A stretch of 62,036 bases of DNA, the filler included. It is 5 parts of 5 records of this genome, joined end to end, with 100 filler letters (N's around TTAATTAATTAA, not from the genome) between each part and the next. Parts side by side here need not be neighbours in the genome. Positions count along the whole stretch, not along the records: positions 1 to 20,769 come from SRR31147125_26229; positions 20,870 to 36,891 come from SRR31147125_26363; 3 more parts are not named here. One strand, written 5' to 3'. The notes beneath the pieces are model-generated. The model did not search any database, had not been told where the DNA came from, and was given only the letters and a program-made list of their open reading frames with translations. Positions 19,271 through 29,258 of the stretch are shown one piece after another. Within the stretch, counting starts at the first letter, position 1. Every line of letters begins with the position of its first letter. Both the position numbers and the translations under genes were made by a program.

Positions 19271-20761
19271 ATGAATAATTATGTTTTGGAGATGAACAAT
19301 ATCCATAAGCACTTTCCGGGGGTTTATGCTTTAAAAGATGTGAACTTTAAATTGAGAAAAGGAGAAGTTCACGCATTGCTTGGTGAGAATGGTGCCGGAA
19401 AATCGACGTTAATGAAAATATTATCTGGAGTATATAAATGCGATTCTGGTGATATTTTGATTAATTCAAAAAAGGTTACAATTGATTCGCCGAACGAGGC
19501 AAAATCACTGGGTGTTGGCACAATTTATCAAGAATTATGCTTAGTTCCTAACATGACCGTTGCTGAGAATTTCTTCTTGGGAATTGAACAATTTAATAAA
19601 ACCACTAGACGAATAAAAATTAATGATATGAACCAAAGAACAAATGAAGTTTTAGAGACTTTGGATCTAAATATTGACGCTACTCAAAAAATATCATCGC
19701 TCAGTATTGCTCAACAACAAATGATTGAAATAGCAAGAGCTGTATCATTTAATGCTGAAATTATTATTATGGATGAACCAACATCGTCTCTAACGAGTAA
19801 GGAAGTAGTAAAACTTTTTGAATTGATTGATAGATTAAAGAAAAATAGCATATCGATTATCTATATCTCTCATAGAATGGAAGAGCTGTTCCAAATAACA
19901 GACAGGATAACAGTTATGAGAGACGGAGAATATATTGGAACGAAAAATACGAAAGAAACAAGTACTGATGAATTGGTAAGCATGATGGTAGGCAGAATTG
20001 TAGAGAATTATTATACTAAAGAACATCATGTACAAAACGAAGTTGTTTTAAAAGTTGAAGGTTTGGTTACTACACATACAGAAAATCCAATTGATTTTGA
20101 ATTAAGAAAAGGTGAGATTTTAGGGTTAACGGGTTTGGTTGGAGCAGGTAGATCCGAAACTGTGAGAGCTATCTTTGGAATCGACCCCATTGTTTCTGGC
20201 TGCATTTATGTTAATGGGAAGAAAGTGAATATAAAAAGTTCGAGAGATGCAATGAAACATGGAATTGGCTTTGTTCCAGAGAATAGAAAAGAAGAAGGCC
20301 TTATATTAAAAAATACAGTTGGATTTAATCTTACTTTACAGGTTTTGAAAAAATTCATGAAAAAGGCAAAGTATCACCGTGACATTGAAAAAGAAATTAT
20401 TTTGAAATATAAAGAAGCACTAAATGTTGTAGCATATTCTGAAAATCAAATTGTAAACAACCTTTCTGGTGGAAATCAGCAAAAAATTGTTATTGCAAAA
20501 TGGCTTGCTACACAACCAAATGTGTTGATTTTAGATGAGCCGACAAGAGGAATTGATGTAGGCGCAAAGGCAGAGATTTATTCTATTATGAATGAATTGA
20601 CAAAATCGGGGGTCGGCATCATTATGATTTCATCAGAACTTCCAGAGATTATGCATATGAGTGACAGAATTGCTGTTTTGTCTAAAGGTAAGATTACTTC
20701 AGTGCTTGACACGAATGAATTTGATGAAGAAAATATTATGAAATATTCAATACAATCATAA
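19271..20761 (+). CDS. Monosaccharide ABC ATP-binding protein (RbsA/MglA-like)
   Basis: GENGAGKST, IMDEPT, LSGGNQQK, LDEPTRGIDVGAK; two ABC domains. Confidence 0.93.
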   Translation: MNNYVLEMNNIHKHFPGVYALKDVNFKLRKGEVHALLGENGAGKSTLMKILSGVYKCDSGDILINSKKVTIDSPNEAKSLGVGTIYQELCLVPNMTVAENFFLGIEQFNKTTRRIKINDMNQRTNEVLETLDLNIDATQKISSLSIAQQQMIEIARAVSFNAEIIIMDEPTSSLTSKEVVKLFELIDRLKKNSISIIYISHRMEELFQITDRITVMRDGEYIGTKNTKETSTDELVSMMVGRIVENYYTKEHHVQNEVVLKVEGLVTTHTENPIDFELRKGEILGLTGLVGAGRSETVRAIFGIDPIVSGCIYVNGKKVNIKSSRDAMKHGIGFVPENRKEEGLILKNTVGFNLTLQVLKKFMKKAKYHRDIEKEIILKYKEALNVVAYSENQIVNNLSGGNQQKIVIAKWLATQPNVLILDEPTRGIDVGAKAEIYSIMNELTKSGVGIIMISSELPEIMHMSDRIAVLSKGKITSVLDTNEFDEENIMKYSIQS

Positions 20762-20769
20762 CTTGAGGG

Positions 20770-20869
20770 NNNNNNNNNNNNNNNNNNNNNNNNNNNNNNN
20801 NNNNNNNNNNNNNTTAATTAATTAANNNNNNNNNNNNNNNNNNNNNNNNNNNNNNNNNNNNNNNNNNNN
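20770..20869. other. Artificial contig linker
   Basis: N44-TTAATTAATTAA-N44 (stops in all six frames). Confidence 0.98.
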
Positions 20870-20877
20870 GTTATTGG

Positions 20878-21486
20878 TCATCTATTTACTGAATACATTG
20901 GTTGGTCAGTTTGGGCAATTTCTACTGAGAAAATATTTACTAAGAACCAATCTGACACTCTATAGTATGTAACAGTCATTGTGCATTGCTCAGATGGTGC
21001 TAATATATTATTTTGATAATCAGAAAACGTAACCTGTGAAGTTGACTCAAAGTCACTTACTAAGGCAGTATATGTAGAACCATTATTTGTTACTGAGTAT
21101 TGAATTCTAACAGTAGCTACTACATCTGAAGGCGAAACCCACCAACTATCGGAGGTGTAGGACTTATTGCTGAATGAAATACCTTCGAATGTAATGTCAA
21201 CGTTGCCAGTATTCTGTAGGGTATAAGTAACTTGAATTGAATTGCCATTATTAAGGTTAGTAACGGTTTCCTCTATATTAAGGTATGGATTACTTGAACT
21301 TGGCGGATTCATATTTTGACTTGTATAGCCGATTTTACTACTGGTGGCTGTTCTGCCTATATAGACCATTCTAGCGACAGCACTTGTAGCAGTAATACTT
21401 GTTGAAACAGAATCTGTCCAAATAGCATATGCAGAACTCATAGCTAATAGAGCGACTAATAGTACTGTTATTATTAACTTCTTCAT
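20878..21486 (-). CDS. Secreted TasA/CalY-like protein with SipW-cognate signal peptide
   Basis: MKK-hydrophobic-SSAYA/IWTDS; TNLNNGNSIQVTYTLQNTGNVDI; Ser/Thr/Asn-rich; in operon with a SipW-type peptidase. Confidence 0.7.
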   Translation of the reverse strand: MKKLIITVLLVALLAMSSAYAIWTDSVSTSITATSAVARMVYIGRTATSSKIGYTSQNMNPPSSSNPYLNIEETVTNLNNGNSIQVTYTLQNTGNVDITFEGISFSNKSYTSDSWWVSPSDVVATVRIQYSVTNNGSTYTALVSDFESTSQVTFSDYQNNILAPSEQCTMTVTYYRVSDWFLVNIFSVEIAQTDQPMYSVNR

Positions 21487-22556
21487 ACTGTCCTCCTTTT
21501 AATAGTAATTAAACATTTAGTTGTTTTTTGAACTATATAGTACATTACGTCATGATTTATAACATAATAGTATATTTCATCATCTACCTTAACGCTGAAA
21601 ATAGGTTGTCCGATTTCATCGGTTATCTTCATAATGTCCTCAATACTTTCAACTTTTACCGAAGTTTGACTAATTCTTGGTTTTTCAGCTACATTAACAA
21701 TCCTTGCACCGTATTTGATGTTAATTTGCTTTATTTCTTTGGCTTCTTTTGACAATGCAATAGTTGTCAGAAGTTTAGTGGGTAACAACATAGCTAATAT
21801 TGCTAGAAGCAAAAATACTGTACCGCCAATAATAACCATTTCCCAATCTACTTCATCATCAATAGTTATTTGTTGTTCTATTTCTATTTTATCGCTAGAT
21901 ACATTTTTTTCGATAACCTCAAATAATAAGTTCTCTAGATTTATCCTTAAGTATGGCTGCAATATCGTTGTTTCGTTATGGTCGCCGTATGAGACATTAA
22001 ACTCTGTAGTGTATAAAACCATCAAATAATAGCTTGACTTAAAACTATAAGTATCAAATATCTGGTCAACTAGGCTAGTATATTCTTCAAGCCTTAATTT
22101 AATGCTTTTTGTGCCTTCTATATTTGTTCCTGTAGTTTCGTTAGTCTCTAGATCAGCTAGGGTATATTCTTTTTTCCACAATATTACTTCATCGCTGCCT
22201 TCATCTATATATGAAACCAAGAAGACAGTAATATAGCTGTTTGAAGTTATTGATGCATTATCAGAACCATTAAGCAAGTAACTGCAATCTAATTGAATAT
22301 AGTCTGTAAATGGCACTATGTAATATTTTGAAGGCTCTGCATCTTTAGCCTTATTGTATACAGGAGTGTTTGTTAATCTAATGTTGTAATCAATAGTTGA
22401 GGAAATGTCTGACGAGTATATAGTCTCATCAACTAAACGTTTGCTAGGATTAAATATTTGCAGCAATGAAAATGCAAAAGCAAGTACTGCTATAATCCAT
22501 ACAAAAACAACTATTAATGATTTTGTTTTTTTGCCAACTACCATCATGTCGTACAC
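21483..22556 (-). CDS. DUF5305-like membrane-anchored protein
   Basis: Two TM segments around a large extracellular domain, LWKKEY motif; C-terminal INIKYGARI..VESIEDIMKITDEIGQPI..YYVI..YY. Confidence 0.65.
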   Translation of the reverse strand: MYDMMVVGKKTKSLIVVFVWIIAVLAFAFSLLQIFNPSKRLVDETIYSSDISSTIDYNIRLTNTPVYNKAKDAEPSKYYIVPFTDYIQLDCSYLLNGSDNASITSNSYITVFLVSYIDEGSDEVILWKKEYTLADLETNETTGTNIEGTKSIKLRLEEYTSLVDQIFDTYSFKSSYYLMVLYTTEFNVSYGDHNETTILQPYLRINLENLLFEVIEKNVSSDKIEIEQQITIDDEVDWEMVIIGGTVFLLLAILAMLLPTKLLTTIALSKEAKEIKQINIKYGARIVNVAEKPRISQTSVKVESIEDIMKITDEIGQPIFSVKVDDEIYYYVINHDVMYYIVQKTTKCLITIKRRTV

Positions 22557-22583
22557 CTAATTATTCTAAATATCATTATGTCC

Positions 22584-23777
22584 TTATCCTGAATTAATTT
22601 CATCCTCATGTTCGGTTGATGTAATCAATAGCCTAAGCAAACCTAAATATGGTATTCTGGCTACAACAACACCTCCGATGTTCTTAAGTTCAATATTAGT
22701 TTTATCTTTATATTCATTATTATCGCCTTTGGTAACGTATTTCTTTACACCTTTGTCATAATAAATATCAACTACTCTATGTACAACGTCATACTCACCA
22801 GCGTTAAACAAAATTATATCATCAACATATATTTCCTCATCGCTATTAACTTTTTTGATTACAACAACATCTCCACGATCAATTGTTGGGCTCATGCTTC
22901 CTGATATTAAAACAGTAGGGAATATATTTAGCAGCCCTGCTGTAAAAAAAGAAATTAACATGCAGAACGCACCTACAAGAATCCATATAAAAACGTTAAT
23001 AGCTTTCGGTTCACTTTTTATTTTCTTTGCTCTGCTGCGCGTTACATTATTTACTGTTTCCATAAGAGCTATAAGTGCAATTATAGGAAAAGCAATGCCT
23101 AGTACTGCAACTATAATCCATTCTAGATTTGGTATATTATTAAAAAGCCAAAATGGAATGTTTACTAGTAACATATATGTTACAGAGGGCAAGTAACCAG
23201 CAATATAGCATACATATGTCATAAATATATTTAGTGCTAAGGAAGGCAGGATTTTCTCGCTAAGAACAATTGTAAATTCTTTTACACTTCCAGTGCTAAT
23301 TACATCTAGCAAATTAACGTCGATTGCAGTATATATTAGTACTATTGCCAAACCGTATATAATTACTTGGTTTCTTTCAACTTTATTTATAATAAAATTG
23401 CGAATCCACTCTTTTAATACGATCGCTCCCCCGAAGAATAGCAAATTAGTAATTATACCTACAGTGTTTCTATTATAGGGATTTCTACCAAACCCAAAAA
23501 AGAAACCGCAACCAAAGTAAATGATTAAATATATTATTCCGCAAACCAATAACCAAATTAAATAATATCCTACTAATCTATCTTTAGTTTTTTGGAGAGC
23601 TCTTGGCTGGGTATAGATATATATACTTATCGCCCCTAAGATTAGTATAGACAAGAAACTTTCGATATTTGAAGATATTACTCTTATGTTAAACAGCGTA
23701 TACTCAAGTATACACAGCCCAAGCATTCCAGCTAAAACATACAGCGCTTTTTTTTCGTTTTTTGTCAAACTAGTCAT
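22584..23777 (-). CDS. sipW: SipW/ER-type signal peptidase I fused to a multi-pass membrane domain
   Basis: VLISGSMSPTIDRGDVVVI, VVHRV, TKGDNN..D at C-terminus; about 260 aa hydrophobic N-terminal region. Confidence 0.85.
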   Translation of the reverse strand: MTSLTKNEKKALYVLAGMLGLCILEYTLFNIRVISSNIESFLSILILGAISIYIYTQPRALQKTKDRLVGYYLIWLLVCGIIYLIIYFGCGFFFGFGRNPYNRNTVGIITNLLFFGGAIVLKEWIRNFIINKVERNQVIIYGLAIVLIYTAIDVNLLDVISTGSVKEFTIVLSEKILPSLALNIFMTYVCYIAGYLPSVTYMLLVNIPFWLFNNIPNLEWIIVAVLGIAFPIIALIALMETVNNVTRSRAKKIKSEPKAINVFIWILVGAFCMLISFFTAGLLNIFPTVLISGSMSPTIDRGDVVVIKKVNSDEEIYVDDIILFNAGEYDVVHRVVDIYYDKGVKKYVTKGDNNEYKDKTNIELKNIGGVVVARIPYLGLLRLLITSTEHEDEINSG

Positions 23778-24169
23778 TTTTTAACCATTACTAATATGTA
23801 CGATGTTTACACCCTCACTTTACAAACAGCAGGTATTATTTCTAAATTTTTATTTTATTATATTAATATATACAAATAACCTACTTTCAACCGACACGAG
23901 TATTATACAATGTAAGAGTGAAAAAATAAACAATAAAATGTTAAAAAAACCACACTTTTGTTAATAAATTGTGAATTAATAACTTTTAATGAGTAAAATA
24001 TATACATATGAATACATTTAATGTAAATATGTTTATAGAATTATAATAAATATAAGTAATATAATTTGAAAAGAATAGCAGAGAACTTCCATAAAAAAAC
24101 GCTCTATTGGAACTTAATACATAGTATAATCGTCTTAATATATATAATAAAACGAAAGAAGGTAGGAGT

Positions 24170-25802
24170 ATGAAGAAACTTTTAGATGTGATTATAGTAG
24201 TGTTATTTATTTTAATTACACTGGCAGCAGGATGCAGCAAGGAATCAGATTCGGTTGATGAAGAATATGAACCAACAATACAAAGTAATGCAAAAGATAC
24301 TGCTGAGGGTAAAGTAGAGTTTGATTATGAATTCGAACAGAATATTAATGACGGTATTGCAAGGGAAGAAACAGCGGTTTATTCTGATGAAGAGTATGGC
24401 GAATTCAAAGAAAGTGAATTTAGCACACCAGAAAATAACCCGTTATCAACTTTATCAATAGATGTTGATACAGCATCATACAGCAATATAAGAAGGTATT
24501 TAAATGACGGATATTTGCCGCCAGCAGATGCAGTAAGAGTAGAAGAATGCATTAACTATTTTTCATATGATTATCCGCAGCCTGATGGGAATCATCCAAT
24601 AGATGCTCATGTAACTATTAGCACATGTCCGTGGAATGAAGATAGATATTTAGCAAGAGTTGCAGTGCAGGGGGAGTACATAGAACAATCAGAAGCAGGC
24701 TTCAAGCAATCTAGTATTTTTATTGGATGTTTCAGGATCTATGAGCGACAAAAATAAGTTACCACTTGTTAAAACTGCAATGGAAATGTTAAGCAAGGAA
24801 CTAACTGAGAAAGACAAAGTATCAATAGTAGTCTATGCAGGTGCATCTGGTGTTGTTTTAGAAGGATGTGACGGAGACGACACACGGAAAATTGAAAGAG
24901 CATTAAACAAACTAGAAGCAGGCGGAAGCACAGCAGGTGGAGCGGGCATAGAGCTGGCATATGATATAGCAGAGAAATACTTTATAGAAGATGGAAACAA
25001 TAGAGTTATACTTTGCACAGACGGTGATTTTAATGTTGGTGCATCTACAACTGGCGAATTGGAAGATTTGATAGAAAAAAAGAGAAAAAGCGGAGTTTTC
25101 TTATCGGTACTAGGATTTGGCACAGGTAATGTTAAAGATAATATGATGGAGACTTTGGCTGACAAAGGTAATGGTAACTATGCATATATCGACAATTTAA
25201 CAGAAGCTAAAAAAGTATTAATAGATGATATGACATCAACTTTATATACAATAGCTAAAGATGTAAAAATTCAGATTGAATTTAACCCTGTTGCGATTAA
25301 AGAATATAGATTAATAGGTTATGATAACAGATTATTAGATGCTGAAGATTTTAATGATGATAAAAAGGATGCAGGTGAAGTAGGTGCAGGACATAGTGTA
25401 ACAGTATTCTACGAATTAATATTAGTAGGAACTGAAGGTTCTGGTACAATCGACGATTTAGTTTTCCAAGATAACGACGATAAAGAAGACGAAGAGTCTG
25501 CTTTTGATGTTGATGAGTGGATGTATATAAAGTTTAGATATAAATTGCCTGATGAAGATGAAAGTGTATTATTCAGCAAGATGGCTGGAATAGATAATTT
25601 TACAAAAAGACCAGATGATGACTTCCAATTTGCAACAGCTGTATGTGAATTTGCATTACTTTTAAAAGATTCTGAATATGCATCAGATGCAAGTTATGAT
25701 TCATTAATAGAGCGAGCAAAAGATTCTAAAGGTAAAGATGAACATGGATATAGAAGCCAGTTTATACAATTAGCCGAACTTGCTGAAACATTAAATGATT
25801 AG
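24170..25802 (+). CDS. YfbK-like vWA domain lipoprotein; frameshift near 24700
   Basis: Lipobox LAAGC; STLSIDVDTASYS, VRVEECINYF; NLVFLLDVSGSM (MIDAS), TDGDFNVG, YRLIGYDNR..DAGEVGAGH. Confidence 0.88.
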
Positions 25803-25842
25803 ATAAAAATAGAAATAATAATTAGATAGCAAAAAGATGGAC

Positions 25843-25880
25843 AAACCTCCTATTGTTTAGAAATATAATAGGAGGTTTTA
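25843..25880. terminator. Inverted repeat after vWA gene; 3' arm contains AGGAGG
   Basis: aaacctcctatt..aataggaggtttt. Confidence 0.5.
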
Positions 25881-25930
25881 AAATGCAAAAGACTATTGAA
25901 GATATGAAGCTACTTTATTTTAATAACAAT

Positions 25931-25967
25931 ATTACATTTGTCATATCAAAGAAGTTACTTATAGCAC
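25931..25967 (+). promoter_or_regulatory. Putative NarL/LuxR response regulator tandem binding site
   Basis: attaca-tt-tgtcat-N9-gttac-ttata-gcac resembles paired TGACA-N2-TGTCA boxes, followed by tacaat, upstream of the ABC operon. Confidence 0.45.
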
Positions 25968-26026
25968 TTATTATAATATTAGAATTTAGGTACAATTAAA
26001 TTACAAATTAGACAAGGAGTATAAAT

Positions 26027-26953
26027 ATGATTGTAAGAACCAAAAATCTTGTAAAAAGATACGGGGATTTATTGGCATTAGATAATGTTAATTTTGATAT
26101 TGCAAAGGGAGATATAGTTGGGTTGCTTGGACCAAATGGAGCAGGAAAATCCACATTGATTTCTTGCATAACTTCAATAACATCTTATGATTCTGGCGAC
26201 ATTAATATGTTTGGTGAAAAGATGAGAACTAATGCTTATGATGTGAAAAGAAAAATAGGTATTGTACCACAAGATTTATCTTTTTACCCTAACATGAGTG
26301 CGTACGGAAATGTTAAGTTTTTCGCTTCGTTATATGGATTCAAAGGGAAACAGCTAGAGAACCAAGTTAAAAGAGCTTTGGAGTTTGTCAGCCTTTGGGA
26401 TAGAAGAAAAGATAGGCCTAAAAAATATTCTGGAGGAATGAAAAGACGTTTGAATATAGCTTGTGCAATAGCACATAACCCAGAATTAATTATTATGGAC
26501 GAACCAACAGTAGGAATTGACCCTCAATCAAGAAAGCATATTCTGGACTCAATTAAGATTCTAAACAATGAAGGAGCGACAATTATATATACATCTCACT
26601 ACATGGAAGAGGTTGAGGCTGTGTGTAATTATGTTCATGTTATGGATAAAGGCAGGATAATTGCGAGCGGTACAAAAGCTGAATTAAAAGAAAGGGTGTC
26701 TGATGAAAACACTTTGGAATTGGAACTTGAAAACATCGCTTTTAATATGGTGGATGAAGTTAAAAAGATTAAGGGTGTAAACGAAGCTTTTGTTGATAAT
26801 AACAGACTATTAGTTGTGTTTAAAAACAAAAACATAGATGAAATTATATCTGCTATTAAAAAATGCGATGGAACAATCCTTTCTGTTAACATGAGAAAGT
26901 GTACATTGGAAGATGTATTTTTCACATTAACTGGCAGAACCTTGAGAGATTGA
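26027..26953 (+). CDS. ABC exporter ATP-binding protein (LnrL/YfiL-like)
   Basis: GPNGAGKST, YSGGMKRRLNIA, MDEPTVGIDPQSR, TSHYMEE. Confidence 0.92.
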   Translation: MIVRTKNLVKRYGDLLALDNVNFDIAKGDIVGLLGPNGAGKSTLISCITSITSYDSGDINMFGEKMRTNAYDVKRKIGIVPQDLSFYPNMSAYGNVKFFASLYGFKGKQLENQVKRALEFVSLWDRRKDRPKKYSGGMKRRLNIACAIAHNPELIIMDEPTVGIDPQSRKHILDSIKILNNEGATIIYTSHYMEEVEAVCNYVHVMDKGRIIASGTKAELKERVSDENTLELELENIAFNMVDEVKKIKGVNEAFVDNNRLLVVFKNKNIDEIISAIKKCDGTILSVNMRKCTLEDVFFTLTGRTLRD

Positions 26954-26964
26954 GGTGAAGTTAT

Positions 26965-28068
26965 ATGATTAAGATATTTACATTCACCTTGAAAAACAAT
27001 CTGAAAGCTTTTTGGATTACGCTAAGCATAATCGTAATTACGTTAGTTATGACGGCTATTTTAGGCAATGCAATTGAGAACATGCAAGAAACCGGTATGT
27101 CTTCAAAAGAGCGTGTTGCTGTATACAATAATTTAGAGCAGCCATATGACGAGGAATTTACAACACTGCTAAACCAAGATGAATTTAATGAATTACTAGA
27201 GATTGAGTACTTTGACAATGCTGAAGATGTACAAACTTTAGTAGAAGATGGAGACTTTCACACAGTTGTAAATGCTGATGTAATAAATGGGAAAAACATA
27301 GTTAAGGTTTCTTCGGCATATTATGAATCATTTGTATTAGCTATTGCATCAAACTTTGTTGGTATTTCAAACACTTTAACCATAGCGATTGAAGAAAATG
27401 CAAATATTCAGACAGTCAAAGATATATACGATTATGAGGTTTTAAAAACAGAGAAACTTGAAAAAGGAAGTCCGATTGGAGTGGATTATTACGGTATCCA
27501 AACTTTGTTTCAAATGGCAGTATTATTAGGCATATTGGCAGTGTATTCGGTTTTAGATGACAAAACGAAAAACATTATGCCTAGAATAAAAACGGCACCG
27601 ATTTCAAAAGCAAAAGTAATTGCAGGAAGAATGATTGCTAATATTTTATATATTACTTTAATCCTTGTGCTGGTAGCAATATGCGGGCATTTGGCTCTGG
27701 GTGTAAATTGGAGTGGTAACTTATTTGTTATTTTAGCTGTTTTTGTTTTGTTCTCGACAATAACTACATTACTGGGAATGATTGCTGCTACTTTGACTAA
27801 ATCAGTTATGGCTTCATTAGGAGTGGTTATGGGTATAGGTTGTACTTTATGGCCGAGATATTCAGGTGCATTTTCCCCTTATTATAGTATTGACATAATG
27901 GCGTATACGTCACCTACCTTTCATGCAAAAAACATTATTTTTTCTGCAATCTATGGCGGGAGTACTAAGATAATTTTAGAAGGATTACTGTATATGCTTA
28001 TAATAACTGTGGTTATGATGGTAATATATAGTATGATAGAAAGGAGAACAGGAAATGGTAGTATTTAA
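26965..28068 (+). CDS. ABC-2 type permease
   Basis: N-terminal TM, extracellular loop, five C-terminal TMs, RIKTAPIS motif. Confidence 0.82.
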   Translation: MIKIFTFTLKNNLKAFWITLSIIVITLVMTAILGNAIENMQETGMSSKERVAVYNNLEQPYDEEFTTLLNQDEFNELLEIEYFDNAEDVQTLVEDGDFHTVVNADVINGKNIVKVSSAYYESFVLAIASNFVGISNTLTIAIEENANIQTVKDIYDYEVLKTEKLEKGSPIGVDYYGIQTLFQMAVLLGILAVYSVLDDKTKNIMPRIKTAPISKAKVIAGRMIANILYITLILVLVAICGHLALGVNWSGNLFVILAVFVLFSTITTLLGMIAATLTKSVMASLGVVMGIGCTLWPRYSGAFSPYYSIDIMAYTSPTFHAKNIIFSAIYGGSTKIILEGLLYMLIITVVMMVIYSMIERRTGNGSI

Positions 28069-29158
28069 AAATAACATTAAGTCATTTTTTTCAAGTCCAA
28101 TTAAGGTTTTAATCATTTTCTTACTTCCTTTTGTATTCGTTGGATTGTTTTTAACGGGAGAGGAAGAAAATATTCCTATAAAAGTTGCTGTTATTGACAA
28201 AGATAATACAGAGTTTTCGATAGGATTGACAGATGAAATTGAAAGAAGCTGTAAGTTAATAGAATGCGAAGAAAATGAAGTTATGGATCAATTAATAAAT
28301 TCTCAAATTGAGTATGTTATAATTATCGAAAGCGGATATACAGAAAAGTTGTTGGATGGAGAAGAGGTTTGTTTAACACAGAAGTATTTCATCAACAAAG
28401 AAAAATTATATCCTTTGATGGCGAGCATAGAAGACTATGTAAATAATGCTAGGATTCTTTATTCTGTTTCAGAAAGCGAAGAAGAATTCTATGAAAAGGT
28501 TAATCAAATAAACGATTATAATATAGAGTATTCTGAAGAAATAGTGGAAGTTAATACATTGCATGGCACAGTGTATGCGTTAGGGTTTATGATCCAGTTT
28601 ATACTGTATAGTGGGATAATAATTGCAGCATTTTTAATTATCGATAAAGAGACAAATGTAACAACAAGGATTTTAGTTTCCCCTAAAAGCTTAACTACAT
28701 ACATGGTCGAACACTTTGTAAGCTATGTGGTGCTGGAGATAATTATTGTTACTTTACTGAATGTAACACTTAAGATATTGTTTAACTATAATTTTGAGGA
28801 TAAATTTATACTAATAACATTAATGATGATACTTTTTTCAATATCAATACTTGCATTATGTCTAATGCTAGTATCCATTTGCAAAAAATCAAAAATTGCA
28901 TACTGGGTAATGGTTTGTTTAACTACACCTATGCTGATGTTAGGCGGGTGTTACTTTGAAATTTCTATCATGCCAGAAGTAGTACAAAATGCATCAAAGT
29001 TTTTACCGACAAGATGGATTATGGATATAGTGCGTGAAGTGCTTCTGTGTGATAATACAGAAAATGTATTAATTACTGTATTTGTTTTAATAGCTTTCAC
29101 TTTAGCATATTTGAGCATTAGCAGAAGTGGATTAAAGAAATTGCTAAGTGATAAGTAA
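28055..29158 (+). CDS. ABC-2 type permease
   Basis: VAVIDKDNT, RILVSP, MLGGCYF..MP..LPTRW. Confidence 0.85.
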   Translation: MVVFKNNIKSFFSSPIKVLIIFLLPFVFVGLFLTGEEENIPIKVAVIDKDNTEFSIGLTDEIERSCKLIECEENEVMDQLINSQIEYVIIIESGYTEKLLDGEEVCLTQKYFINKEKLYPLMASIEDYVNNARILYSVSESEEEFYEKVNQINDYNIEYSEEIVEVNTLHGTVYALGFMIQFILYSGIIIAAFLIIDKETNVTTRILVSPKSLTTYMVEHFVSYVVLEIIIVTLLNVTLKILFNYNFEDKFILITLMMILFSISILALCLMLVSICKKSKIAYWVMVCLTTPMLMLGGCYFEISIMPEVVQNASKFLPTRWIMDIVREVLLCDNTENVLITVFVLIAFTLAYLSISRSGLKKLLSDK

Positions 29159-29197
29159 ACTATGATAATTGATAATCATATTTGAATATGATAACAT

Positions 29198-29235
29198 ATT
29201 AAGGGGTGAAAAAAATTGTTCATCCCTTAATTTTT
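29198..29235 (+). terminator. Rho-independent terminator
   Basis: attaaggggtgaa..ttcatcccttaat plus T tract. Confidence 0.6.
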
Positions 29236-29258
29236 AATCTACCTAATAGCGAGGATTT

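Noticed and set aside
20814..20825. Recurrent TTAATTAATTAA palindrome as a biological repeat
   Set aside because: Always centred in N-padding; it is a six-frame-stop spacer
23825..23900. Riboswitch (e.g. c-di-GMP) upstream of the sipW operon
   Set aside because: Only an imperfect inverted repeat around an AT-rich loop; no GEMM GAAA/GCAAA core motifs
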